A stretch of DNA of 63,960 nucleotides, filler included, from Chlamydiia bacterium (GTDB lineage Bacteria > Chlamydiota > Chlamydiia > Chlamydiales > FEN-1388): the NCBI GenBank assembly GCA_903848235.1. It is 9 parts of 9 records of this genome, joined end to end, with 100 filler letters (N's around TTAATTAATTAA, not from the genome) between each part and the next. Parts side by side here need not be neighbours in the genome. Positions count along the whole stretch, not along the records: positions 9,761 to 14,306 come from CAINFV010000220.1; positions 14,407 to 24,003 come from CAINFV010000222.1; 7 more parts are not named here. One strand, written 5' to 3'. Within the stretch, counting starts at the first letter, position 1. Every line of letters begins with the position of its first letter. A model generated the notes under the pieces. It did no database searches. It saw only the letters and a program-made list of their open reading frames with translations, and was not told the DNA's origin. The translations under genes were made by a program, and so were the position numbers. This document shows positions 9,761-19,700 of the stretch, one piece after another.

Positions 9761-9886
9761 CACAAAGCGCCTTTTCTGATATTTTTGGCACAAATCCTCA
9801 TCGCATAGAAATTTTTCAACGATGGAAAAAGTCTACGAAAAATAGCGATTTTTGCACTCAGAGGAAATGATCAGCGGGAATCGCTG
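9761..9886 (-). mobile_element. Left end of a second copy of the ISNCY-like IS (cut by contig start)
   Basis: Reverse complement of 55679-55804, including TIR CAGCGATTCCCGCTG and the first transposase codons. Confidence 0.92.
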
Positions 9887-10111
9887 ACATTTGTATAGAT
9901 TTTTAGAAGCGGCGTCAAAGCAGTCGCTTCATACAGTGTGCATACCACTACCATTGATTTTGCAAAATTTTTGATCTCCGTCCACTGGTTGATGGAGATC
10001 AGTTTGACTCGCTTAGGGACTAAGCTCCCCAAACACGAATATCTTTCCTATTAGTGGAAGACTTACGACTTTTAGAATTTTTTGACTAGATCGCCCGTAT
10101 CACTGGTAATT

Positions 10112-12247
10112 TTACGAGTCCTTCGTCTCCGCAAGAGGTAGATCTTCTTCTCGATGCAGCCGTTCAATCTTCGAGAGAAACTCCTGAAAGGATACCGTAG
10201 CAGCAATCTGTTCGAGCCATGAGTCATCTCTTATTTCTGAGAGGGGGGGGAGCACATCACGTTCTAATGCTTGATTCAGAAAGCGCATGGCTTCTGAGAA
10301 ATTCCCCATCAAGGCATTCAGACAGCCTAGATGGTAGTGTGCCTGATCATTACCCAAAGACATTGCACGGACAAGCGCATCCTCAGCGGCAAACCACTCT
10401 TGAGGGACTGTTGACGAAGCTCCATCACAGGCACCCTTATGGATCAGTGAGAGGGCATAGTCTGCCCACGCATATTCATCTTCAGGATCTTTCTCTAGGT
10501 ACTGCTCAAAAAAATCTACCGCCTTATGAAAGGCATCAGCATCGTCGTCGATCTCTCCGACATGAAGATAGCACGCGGCTAGTTGATAATAGGCAGGAAC
10601 GCACGATGCGTCTTTTAAAAGCAGCTCTGAGAGGATCTGAATGGCACGTTCATAACACCCTTCCTCATCCGTTAAATCCCCAAGGAGATCGTAGGCACGT
10701 GCTAAATTATACGCCCAGGGCGATGCAATATCACTTGCCAGCTCGAGTGCTGTTTCAAATTTGGCAATAGCATCTTGGGCTGATGCCGCTTCTTCTGTCC
10801 AGTCCGCTAATGTCAAAAGGGCAATCCCCCAGTCATTCCAAAAAGAGGGTAAGTTGGTGTATGGGGAGCGTGAGGCGATGAGAAAGCTGACAAGGGCCTC
10901 TCGCAATGTTTTTTCAGAGTCAATAGCATCGGCCTGAGCAAACTTTGCAAGCCCCATAGTATGCCAGAGAAGAGCGCTTTTAGGATGCTCTGCAAGAGCC
11001 TTTTGGAGGATAAAGATAGCCTTTTCAAAATAGGCATGGTCATGGAAATAGTAGCCATATTCATACTGACAGAGCGCTGATGAGGCCCAGCTTTCCGGAT
11101 TGTGGAGCCCTTGCTGGTTTAGGCCTTCCATCGCCCTTTCGGCATACTCTTCGGAAGTATTCAGAATATCAAGGCGTTCTTGATCTCTTCCTATCCACTG
11201 CAAGGCTTGCGAACACAGTGCGAATGTCACTGGGTGGCTCGATCCATTCTCTTCTGCCTTTCTGAATTTTGTCACCGCTTCTTGCGCAAACGTTATATCA
11301 GAGCGCAGGCGCGCTGCACGGAACAAAAGGTGGCCCCATCGCTGCCATACAGCGGGAATATCGGGCCCTAGTACGGAGGCTTCTGAAAATGCCTTTTCAG
11401 CACTTTCAAAATACTGTTTCTCATGGGAAAGGTCATACAGATGCTGAAAGCAACAGCCGACGTTAAACATGCGAATCGCTTTTTCGTGATCATTGTCCGC
11501 TGCCGCGTCTGGAGATTCGATGGCAGCGAAATACAAAGAAACGGCATCGAGGATAAGAGCGTCATTCGATGTGAGGAGTGCTAGCTCTACGATGGCATTT
11601 GCATAATCATTAAGAAAGTCTGCTCGGAGTAACCCTTTTTGCCGTGCTTTCTCATACAGATCGAGCGTCCGTTTCAGGTCTACAGGCTCACCAGACTCAC
11701 GAGCGAGCAAAAACCAAACGATCCCCCAGTGCCAATAAAACTCCCCGGGTGCCGATGAGCCTTCTTCTTCTGACACAGCAACCAGCCTATCAGCTTGGGA
11801 AAAAGAGTCATCTGCTTCGCGGAAAAGAGCTTCATCTCCGCGCAATACTCCTAATCGAAGACCGGCGCTGGCAAGAGCATAGTGAGCGTCAAAAAAGCCG
11901 GCATCGAGCTCCACAGCCTTTTTGAGAGCAAGAACCGCCTCTTGGAGGTCAGGCTCCCCTTCTCCTAATGCCAAGTAGGCTCCAAGGCGATACCACCCCC
12001 GAGCGCTATTAGGCGCCAAGCGGCATGCTGTTTGAAACGCCTGTATCGACTGTTTGCGTATCTCATGGGTATCCCCGGATTGGGCGCTGGCTTCCGCGCT
12101 CAAAAGAAAGAGCTGTGCTAAGAGCTCTTTTTCTTCGGGGGCAAGGGCAGACCAACTTTGGTCATCCGAGAAATTTTTGAGCAGCTCGAATGATTGTGAG
12201 GAGAGGATGCCTTCGAAGACACGCTGAAGTTTGCTCTGTTCGGTCAT
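10112..12247 (-). CDS. TPR-repeat protein
   Basis: Many TPR-like helical repeats (W..LG......G....A...L.KA.ELD); start placed at ATG MTEQSK, although the ORF is open to 12400. Confidence 0.8.
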   Translation of the reverse strand: MTEQSKLQRVFEGILSSQSFELLKNFSDDQSWSALAPEEKELLAQLFLLSAEASAQSGDTHEIRKQSIQAFQTACRLAPNSARGWYRLGAYLALGEGEPDLQEAVLALKKAVELDAGFFDAHYALASAGLRLGVLRGDEALFREADDSFSQADRLVAVSEEEGSSAPGEFYWHWGIVWFLLARESGEPVDLKRTLDLYEKARQKGLLRADFLNDYANAIVELALLTSNDALILDAVSLYFAAIESPDAAADNDHEKAIRMFNVGCCFQHLYDLSHEKQYFESAEKAFSEASVLGPDIPAVWQRWGHLLFRAARLRSDITFAQEAVTKFRKAEENGSSHPVTFALCSQALQWIGRDQERLDILNTSEEYAERAMEGLNQQGLHNPESWASSALCQYEYGYYFHDHAYFEKAIFILQKALAEHPKSALLWHTMGLAKFAQADAIDSEKTLREALVSFLIASRSPYTNLPSFWNDWGIALLTLADWTEEAASAQDAIAKFETALELASDIASPWAYNLARAYDLLGDLTDEEGCYERAIQILSELLLKDASCVPAYYQLAACYLHVGEIDDDADAFHKAVDFFEQYLEKDPEDEYAWADYALSLIHKGACDGASSTVPQEWFAAEDALVRAMSLGNDQAHYHLGCLNALMGNFSEAMRFLNQALERDVLPPLSEIRDDSWLEQIAATVSFQEFLSKIERLHREEDLPLAETKDS

Positions 12248-12571
12248 GGCGTAACAGCTGGTTGTGGGTATGTCCTCATAAGTGATTTCTACGGACGACC
12301 GCAGAAACCCTTGCGAGCAAGATGCTAGATGTTGGGTGAAGTATACCCCTTCTCCCCCAAAAACACAAATTTTTGGGTCCGCTAAATGAAACTCAGGCAT
12401 ACACTAACAAAACTTCATAACACGCTGACCCTATGCGCCTTACACTTTTTTCTTCTACGATGTTAAAACCAAAATAGATCGCTAACCCATAGAGGATCAA
12501 AGAGTTATACAAGATAATCAGAATCTCAGCAAAGAATACTCTTTACGCGCATCCTTATCATTCCTTTACAA

Positions 12572-13057
12572 ATGACTTTTATAAAACGCTCTTTTCGCCA
12601 CACTATTATCGAGAAGAATATGGCCCTCTCTACTATCACAGATTTCCCAGATCGCGGCGCAGGCATCCCAAATGACAGAGATGAATCTCTCTGTGATTTT
12701 TCTTGGACAGATGACAGCCAAAGCCAGGATGTCGAACTCCCCCCGCAAAACTTTCACTCTGTTCCCGTAACACATAAAGAAAAATCTCTGGGTGGCACAT
12801 GGAAAGAGGAGGAGACGGAAAACCTCTCCCGTCAATTGCGTCTGTGCTCTGTCATCAACCGCACGTCAAGGCTGCCTATCGCTTTCGTAGGAATTTCCTT
12901 TCAGCTCCTCTCTCATTTCACGCCAAGCGAACAGCCTGATAAAAAATGCATGAAAGAAAATCCAAAAATCCAACCCTCAGCACTATGGACGGGGGCAAAA
13001 AATAGATTCATTATTCGCACAGCGCATCAGGCTGTGATCGAACACGTATCTATATAA
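12572..13057 (+). CDS. Hypothetical protein
   Basis: 161-aa ORF filling the gap upstream of rnhC; acidic, disordered N-terminus; no motif recognised. Confidence 0.4.
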   Translation: MTFIKRSFRHTIIEKNMALSTITDFPDRGAGIPNDRDESLCDFSWTDDSQSQDVELPPQNFHSVPVTHKEKSLGGTWKEEETENLSRQLRLCSVINRTSRLPIAFVGISFQLLSHFTPSEQPDKKCMKENPKIQPSALWTGAKNRFIIRTAHQAVIEHVSI

Positions 13058-13180
13058 CTCTTGGGTTTTCAGGGATGACTCCAAGAAGATCCTTTTTCCG
13101 TTCAGTAGAAATACCTCTCGTTCGTATGCTCAACGAAAGAGCGTTAGGAACTGGAAAAAAGAGGTCATTAAAACAGCGCA

Positions 13181-14077
13181 ATGGCAGATATCTTTGTCAC
13201 CACTATTCAGAAAGCCGTCGTCGAGAAACTCCAACAAGACCTTCCTTCCCAAGGATTTGACCTCTCTTCTCCGCCTCATACGATATTCCAGGCGAAGAAA
13301 AAAGGGGTTACCTGCACCCTCTATGAGTCATTGAAGCTCACCATTCAAGGGAAGGGTATGCGGGAGTTCCTCGAGTTTTACCTCGAGCCAGAAGTCCTGC
13401 TCTCTCCTGAGTATACCTACAAAAATGAACTGGCTATGGAGTCTCTTGACAGACGAGCTCGCATCGGCGTTGATGAAGCAGGAAAAGGAGATTATTTCGG
13501 GCCGTTGTGCGTCGCTGGAGTCATGGCAGATGAAACGACATTTCCTATTCTTCTCAAGATAGGGGTTCGAGATTCTAAAACCCTGTCGGACGAGCAGGTG
13601 AAAAAAATGGCAAAAAAAATTGTAACATCAGTTCCGAACTATATAATCCGCTTGAGACCGACAAAGTATAACGAGCTGTACACGTCATTTAAGAATCTTA
13701 ATTCTCTCCTCGCATGGTGTCATGCAACAGTAATCGAGCATCTATCAGCGCATACAAAGGCTCCACTTGCCATCATCGATAAGTTTGCCCACGAACATGT
13801 AGTCGAACGCGCTCTGAAGAAAAAAGGCACCCAGATAGAGCTAGAACAGAGAGTTCGCGGAGAAGCGGACATCGTCGTTGCAGCAGCATCGATCGTCGCC
13901 CGGTGGGCATTCCTTGAAGGCCTAGAAGAGACAGGACGCCATCTGAACATCTCTCTGCCGAAAGGAGCCGCAGCCCATGTAGTCGAGACAGCGCGGCGCC
14001 TTGTCAGAGAACATGGAAAAGAGGTCCTTGACGTGATTGCCAAAGTTCATTTTAAGATCACGAAGGAACTTGTGTAA
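13181..14077 (+). CDS. rnhC: Ribonuclease HIII
   Basis: N-terminal TBP-like extension (CTLYESLKLTIQG), IGVDEAGKGDYFGP, GVRDSK, VAAASIVAR and KVHFK. Confidence 0.93.
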   Translation: MADIFVTTIQKAVVEKLQQDLPSQGFDLSSPPHTIFQAKKKGVTCTLYESLKLTIQGKGMREFLEFYLEPEVLLSPEYTYKNELAMESLDRRARIGVDEAGKGDYFGPLCVAGVMADETTFPILLKIGVRDSKTLSDEQVKKMAKKIVTSVPNYIIRLRPTKYNELYTSFKNLNSLLAWCHATVIEHLSAHTKAPLAIIDKFAHEHVVERALKKKGTQIELEQRVRGEADIVVAAASIVARWAFLEGLEETGRHLNISLPKGAAAHVVETARRLVREHGKEVLDVIAKVHFKITKELV

Positions 14078-14081
14078 ACGT

Positions 14082-14306
14082 ATGTTAAGAAAACTATGCA
14101 TCGACAATCTCGTTCTTGTTGATTCGTGCCAGATCTGTCTGCAAGGCGGATTTCATGTGATCACAGGAGAGACAGGCTCCGGCAAGTCCGTCCTCCTCAC
14201 CGCTATAGGACTTCTCCTCGGCGAAAAGGCCGATGCTAGTGCCATACGCCATGGGCAGACAATGGCTGTGATAGAAGGAGAGTTTGACCTCTCAGCAGCA
14301 TCACAA
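14082..14306 (+). CDS. recN: DNA repair protein RecN, N-terminal fragment (cut by contig end)
   Basis: MLRKLCIDNLVLV...VITGETGSGKS...LLLGEKA. Confidence 0.88.
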
Positions 14307-14406
14307 NNNNNNNNNNNNNNNNNNNNNNNNNNNNNNNNNNNNNNNNNNNNTTAATTAATTAANNNNNNNNNNNNNNNNNNNNNNNNNNNNNNNNNNNNNN
14401 NNNNNN

Positions 14407-14705
14407 GCGTAGGCGTCTGCCCCGCCAACGGTGGTTCCAAATTCAGGGGGAAGGGTAAGAAAGGCGGCGATGAACCTCCCTAAATACTCATCTGCCACTT
14501 CATGGCAGCCAATCTCTTGGCGAAGGGTGCTGTATCGCTGGATCGTTTGATTGATGGAGGAGAATACATAAGAAATCGAAATCCCGATGATGATCATAGC
14601 GACACATACCTCTGCCAGCGCAAATGAGCGCTTGGTAGGTTTTTGATCTGTCTTCTGGGAGTGCGACTGCTCGCACCTTTTAGAGGCCAATGGTAAGGTA
14701 TTCAT
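14407..14705 (-). CDS. Type II secretion minor pseudopilin, partial
   Basis: Prepilin-like motif KRSFALAEVCVAMIII; third gene of the pseudopilin run. Confidence 0.7.
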
Positions 14706-15303
14706 CAGGAATTGGAATGTAGTGTGGAACGGATAGAAGATACTGGTCGAGAGAAATCTTTTCAGAAGGGGTTGGATTTTTTGTTGGCTGGAGTGTTATC
14801 TCCAGCTCCCGTTTTCTATGGGTGATATTTTCAGGTAAAAATCCAAAATCTGATGGAGAAAGCTCTCGCCGAAACTGATCATATGCACGGACAAGGGTCA
14901 GCCCATGGCCGCCGAAGAAGCGGAAGGTAGCGGCCTCTACAGCGTAGCCATTCAAACAAAGAGACTCTATACCAGCAAGCCCTCCTATGGATGCATTCTG
15001 CTGCGCCAGAAGGCAGAGCTTTACGGAGTCCTTTTCCCACAGATTGACATAGCCTTCAAAGGCTCCAGTGGCGTCCCTCTGGATGACAACATCTCCTACG
15101 TGGCCACTTACAGCAGAAAACCGAAATGCCTGAAGAAGCATGCGTTCGATGCGCTCTTTAGAGGTTTTCATCTGCGTTGTACGCAGGGATCTCTTTACCC
15201 CGAGGACCACCACCCCTGCGATGATCGCCATCAGGGTAAGCGCTACTAGCACTTCAATGATCGTGAAGGAATGCCTGCGTCGGCAACAGTTGATCAATGT
15301 CAC
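14680..15303 (-). CDS. Type II secretion pseudopilin (GspH-like)
   Basis: RRHSFTIIEVLVALTLMAII prepilin N-methylation motif. Confidence 0.8.
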   Translation of the reverse strand: MTLINCCRRRHSFTIIEVLVALTLMAIIAGVVVLGVKRSLRTTQMKTSKERIERMLLQAFRFSAVSGHVGDVVIQRDATGAFEGYVNLWEKDSVKLCLLAQQNASIGGLAGIESLCLNGYAVEAATFRFFGGHGLTLVRAYDQFRRELSPSDFGFLPENITHRKRELEITLQPTKNPTPSEKISLDQYLLSVPHYIPIPDEYLTIGL

Positions 15304-15680
15304 GTCCTTGCCGCTCGAGCAGCCCCCTGAGAATCGATATGGATTTCGACAACGCCATTAGCGCCTGGCTCAACGCCAATGCGAAACGCCTCTCCAAAAT
15401 CATCTCGAAGAAGCGTTAATGGATTCGGGGGGCCAAGCCCTGACTCATTGATGATCTCCGGCCAGTCATTTCTTGTCCCTATCTGGTCTGGATGTTCCGA
15501 GAAGTAGAGGGTGAGAATGGCCCTCAGGCGCTCTACACGATGCTTTGTGGCAAACAGCCGTCCTTTATCCAGAGATCTTTGGTAGCTTAAAGCAAGAGCG
15601 CCAGTGATGGTAGCGATTAACATCATGACGATGATCATCTCTATCAACGTCACAGAAAAGCGTCGCTTTCGTTGCTTCAT
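15300..15680 (-). CDS. Type II secretion major pseudopilin (GspG-like)
   Basis: KRRFSVTLIEMIIVMMLIA, C-terminal D.FG..F and a GGAGGA RBS before the ATG at 15680. Confidence 0.8.
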   Translation of the reverse strand: MKQRKRRFSVTLIEMIIVMMLIATITGALALSYQRSLDKGRLFATKHRVERLRAILTLYFSEHPDQIGTRNDWPEIINESGLGPPNPLTLLRDDFGEAFRIGVEPGANGVVEIHIDSQGAARAART

Positions 15681-15877
15681 GAGTAATCCTCCAATGCCTT
15701 TAGACACAGTTCAAACCCAAGTTGCGAGGGGAGTTGTCTTTTGAGGAGAAGAAAGCATCGCTGACATACCAGCGTACGTGAATATCATCACTCAAAATGA
15801 CAGTCTTGGTTTGTCGAATCTTGACATGCAAGCGCGCTCCTGTCAAGAGCGATCGTGGTCCTCTATCTGCAAGTGGT

Positions 15878-17233
15878 CTAGCGAAAGAGTTCTTTGAATG
15901 AACCTTCTTGCCCTTCCTTGACAATCTGCATCAACGAGATCTTCGACGGACAGACAAAGTCAGCGAGAGCAAAGTCTTCGGGGACAATGTCAAGAAGTCC
16001 GTATGAGACAGCCTTATCAAGATCGTCGGCAAGCAGGGCTTTTGCTAAGAGCATGGGAAGCACCTTAAATGGCATGACCTTATCGTAGATCGAGCCGTCG
16101 ACGAAAGGGCGTACCTCACCGTGTTGGTCGGTCGTTAGATCGTACGTCTTTTTGCGAGGGATGAAGTAGGCATCTGTTGAGGTATAAGCCTTACTCGAAA
16201 GACGCATGAAGTTGAGGAAAGAGCGGTCTGTAGGAGATGGTTCTTGAAGGGCTGTGACGACTGTGTGGCCATGGCGGAGAAATTCAGAAGTGGTGACTTC
16301 CGTTCCTGTCAGCGGGTCTCCAGATATAAGACGCACAGGGGTTGAGATGAGAGTGTTAGCAACCAAAGAGGAGATGGAAGTGCCAGGGAAGCATCGCACA
16401 ACCTTTGGCATCTGGGGTTGAAGGCCTGGGCCTGCTACAGCGACAACCTGATCTACCCACAGCCCTCCAGACAGGCAGTAGTGTCCAAGGCGTATGACAT
16501 CAAGAGCAGTAGCTGTCCATATCAGGTCTTTTGAGGAATGAATAGGGGCAATTTCTTGGATATGGAGCGAGGGGTTTGCTGCTGGATGAGGGCCTTCGAC
16601 AGTGTGAACTTGGCAGGGTAGAGCGGCGCATAACGCAACAATTGGGGATGAGAGGGCTGTTACAACGTTTACCGTGCCAGAGGTGAGGCGCTGGAGAAGG
16701 CGCACCCCTGTTTGAAATTCCTCTTCACGCCCTAGGACTTGCATTTCTGCTGATGGGACAAAAGGTGCTGTTTCTACAGCTTTTACAAAGATGGAGGTTG
16801 GAACAAAATCAGGATTTGCAATTCGATTAAAAGGCCTGAAGCGAATCAACGGCAGCAAGCCCGCTGCCAGGAGGTGGTTTACTAACTCTCCTCTCTCTTC
16901 TTGTAATAAAAATGTCCTGGGCTCAAGAGCGGGTTGTGTTGGCAGAGGTTCGAGGATGACTTCGAGAGGATGTCGCTTTGCACCGCGATGGATGGCGATG
17001 ACTTTCGCAGACAGAGGAGCGACGAAGACTCTTCTTGGAGGAACCGGCTCTTGCGCCAGAATGGTTCCGGCGTGTACCTCTTGGCCTTCTTCGACAAGCA
17101 CGCGCACATGGAGGCGCTCGTACGGGCGAAGATCATAGGCGAATTGGCCTAAGGGAAGCGAAAGTGCTTCATGGCTCATGGGCTGTCCGGCAATAGGGAT
17201 ATTGAGCCCCTTGGTGACTCTGATATGTACCAT
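15878..17233 (-). CDS. nqrA: Na+-translocating NADH:quinone reductase subunit A
   Basis: KGLNIPIAG.P, GPHPAAN, RLISGDPLTG and EDFALADFVCPSK. Confidence 0.92.
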   Translation of the reverse strand: MVHIRVTKGLNIPIAGQPMSHEALSLPLGQFAYDLRPYERLHVRVLVEEGQEVHAGTILAQEPVPPRRVFVAPLSAKVIAIHRGAKRHPLEVILEPLPTQPALEPRTFLLQEERGELVNHLLAAGLLPLIRFRPFNRIANPDFVPTSIFVKAVETAPFVPSAEMQVLGREEEFQTGVRLLQRLTSGTVNVVTALSSPIVALCAALPCQVHTVEGPHPAANPSLHIQEIAPIHSSKDLIWTATALDVIRLGHYCLSGGLWVDQVVAVAGPGLQPQMPKVVRCFPGTSISSLVANTLISTPVRLISGDPLTGTEVTTSEFLRHGHTVVTALQEPSPTDRSFLNFMRLSSKAYTSTDAYFIPRKKTYDLTTDQHGEVRPFVDGSIYDKVMPFKVLPMLLAKALLADDLDKAVSYGLLDIVPEDFALADFVCPSKISLMQIVKEGQEGSFKELFR

Positions 17234-17310
17234 AGAATCTCTCCTCTCTGGCAAGACCTCCTTCGTACCTTTGTAAAGAGTTTTAAATCAAGATATCTTG
17301 ATGAACGGTC

Positions 17311-19683
17311 GTGTCTATGGGGGGTGTGATAAGAGTAGCCAAATTTGATTTGTTGGAGTTAGATTTGGTCCCCATCAGTACCGTTATTTATATAGGCCGC
17401 TTTATGGATCTTGTTTATTTTTGGCTTAAGAGACTTTGTTTTATTATTCTTATCGCCATTTCCCCTGCCGCTCCCCTCGTAGGACAGACGTCTGCAAACG
17501 AAAAAGCTAAGCAGCTAGAGACACTGGCGACTCATTCCTCAGGAGGGTTGTCTGATATTCCTGAGGAAATTCGAGCGCTGCGATCAGGTCCTGTCACGCA
17601 ACGGGTGAAGGTTTCAAGTGATGGTGTCTTGACGATTGCTAAGTCGTTTCATTGCAAGCCATTTTCTGGGCAGTGTGATACGGGCAAGCCAGTTGTGGCT
17701 ACAAGCCTGAAGAGATTTTCTCTCGCCGCTTTGAAAAACGGGGCTTCGCGCTGCTATGAAATTAACCGTCATGTCAACACACTACAGCTCTTTGATAGCG
17801 AATGCGGCTGGTCGTTAGGCTTTGCATCGACAGCGGACACAGAACGGGCGTTTGCGCTATTAGGATCGCTGATTGCCAGTGCACGCCCAGCCACTGCGTC
17901 ACCCGCTTTTTCTCCAGCAGCAGTAGCGGCCCACGCTGGATTTAAATATCTTGTCGTCTCCTTTCGCTGCGAAGATGTTGCAGATGGAGTGCGATTACTT
18001 TCGATGTCAGAGCCTTCTCCTAGACTCCTCTGCTGGCTTACCAAAAGCACTCCTGATAAGGTAGAAGAGGTCTGTGCTGAGTCAATGAATCGACTCCCTC
18101 TATTTTTCTTTGATCTTTCGCTCCTTGACACGTCCTCCTTTTTTACGCTGTCTATTCCAGGGTGCTCCTCCTTTTTACCCTGTTCTATTGGGGATGATGT
18201 TGTGCAATCGGTATATTCTGCTGAGAAGAGCAGTTTTGAGTCTTTTGTCAAACGCTCCCCTTATGTTGGAATTCACTTTCAAACCATGCCTTCTTTTGCT
18301 CCAATTGCTGTAGTGTGCAAGCTGCGCGATGAACATGTCATAGCTAAGGCGGCCAAGGTGAGCGGCCTGCGTATAAAAGAGGCAGATTGGCACCTCTTTT
18401 CTGGATTAAACCCTGTCGACGGGATTCCTCGAGGAACGACCTCCTCATGGGTGACAGGGATGAGCGACACCTCCTACGACATTCTGCGCACCTGCCTTTT
18501 TTCCAAAGAACTTACCCCCGCCATTTTTGCCTATATGATCTATCCAGAATTCCCCTCTTTGAAAAAGCTGTTGAACACGAAAAGCCGGTATCAGAAGGAC
18601 CTTTCCTTAGAAGAGATGATCTGTCGTACGTCGTGCTCACTGAAAAAAAAGATCGCTCAACTCTCTGAATTTCAAGGCAGGGTTCTTCGCATTGCATTAG
18701 CCACTCATGAACTTGGCAGCCCTTTTGGCGAAGATACTGATCTTGGCTATAACAGCTGGCCGATAGCTCTTGCACTGGCAGAAAAGGTGGGGATGACAGA
18801 GCAAGAGAAAAAAGCGCTTCATGCACTAATCGACGATTCTTCTCTTTGTACGGCTCCAAAAAAGGACAAAAAGAAAAAAACAGATTTTCTCTTCTCCTCT
18901 TTTGTCCAAGAATCACGTACCGCCACTGAGATAGGGATCTGTTTACAACAGTGGCTACAAATAAAAGCCTGTTTTTACGAGGTGCTCGAGCAACACGTGA
19001 GGCTTTCAGCTGCCCGGAAAGAGATAGCCTTGACAGTGAAGTCTCTTTGTGGAAAGTATGCGGCGATATTGCCTTTTGGCGTCCCTAGAGGTCTTGCTTT
19101 TTGCAAGGGGCCCTTGAATACACGAAGTCTGTATTCGAGTTATGTGTGGGAAGAGCGCGATGCTCAACATCGTGATGGTTTATCTCTTAAGCGCCGACGT
19201 GAAAAATTTGAGCAGATGCTAGTCGATGGGGTAAAGACATCATGGAAGGGCAAATTCTGGGATTGGCTGAAAAAGGAATTACAAAATGATCCGTTACCAT
19301 CGAATACATATCTGAATGATGATGAGCGCGATGCTATCAGAGCGACGTTTAAAGAAGGGGTCTTAGTGGCTCCTCAACTGCCTCAGACTGATGATGAGGT
19401 AGAGATGATGTTTGTCATTGATGACTGGGGCAGGGTATTTATCGGTGAGAAGAAAGACGGTAACGGACAGTCTCATGAGAGAGGGTTTAATCATGCCTCT
19501 ATTTTAGGAGGACGTCCCGTTTCCTGCGCAGGGAAAATGTCCTTTAGGAATAGGAAGCCAACGCAAATAACAGATCACAGTGGTCATTATCGTTGCGGGC
19601 CTAAAGAGATCGTAGAGGCCCTGAAAGTATTCGAAACGATGGGTGTACGTGTGGCCGATATCAAAATCGTAGCTGGTGAATAG
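17311..19683 (+). CDS. Exported multidomain protein with a degenerate HD-like region and a plant IQM-like C-terminal domain
   Basis: Signal peptide if translation starts at ATG 17403; C-terminal WEERDAQHRDG...FWDWL...YL...ER...FNHASILGG..V.CAG....ITDHSGHYR. Confidence 0.7.
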   Translation: MSMGGVIRVAKFDLLELDLVPISTVIYIGRFMDLVYFWLKRLCFIILIAISPAAPLVGQTSANEKAKQLETLATHSSGGLSDIPEEIRALRSGPVTQRVKVSSDGVLTIAKSFHCKPFSGQCDTGKPVVATSLKRFSLAALKNGASRCYEINRHVNTLQLFDSECGWSLGFASTADTERAFALLGSLIASARPATASPAFSPAAVAAHAGFKYLVVSFRCEDVADGVRLLSMSEPSPRLLCWLTKSTPDKVEEVCAESMNRLPLFFFDLSLLDTSSFFTLSIPGCSSFLPCSIGDDVVQSVYSAEKSSFESFVKRSPYVGIHFQTMPSFAPIAVVCKLRDEHVIAKAAKVSGLRIKEADWHLFSGLNPVDGIPRGTTSSWVTGMSDTSYDILRTCLFSKELTPAIFAYMIYPEFPSLKKLLNTKSRYQKDLSLEEMICRTSCSLKKKIAQLSEFQGRVLRIALATHELGSPFGEDTDLGYNSWPIALALAEKVGMTEQEKKALHALIDDSSLCTAPKKDKKKKTDFLFSSFVQESRTATEIGICLQQWLQIKACFYEVLEQHVRLSAARKEIALTVKSLCGKYAAILPFGVPRGLAFCKGPLNTRSLYSSYVWEERDAQHRDGLSLKRRREKFEQMLVDGVKTSWKGKFWDWLKKELQNDPLPSNTYLNDDERDAIRATFKEGVLVAPQLPQTDDEVEMMFVIDDWGRVFIGEKKDGNGQSHERGFNHASILGGRPVSCAGKMSFRNRKPTQITDHSGHYRCGPKEIVEALKVFETMGVRVADIKIVAGE

Positions 19684-19700
19684 TCTCGCGGCCTTTGAGC

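Noticed and set aside
15878..17233. nqrA without nqrB-F, and the murC-ddl fusion, as novelties
   Set aside because: Both are the normal state in Chlamydiota.
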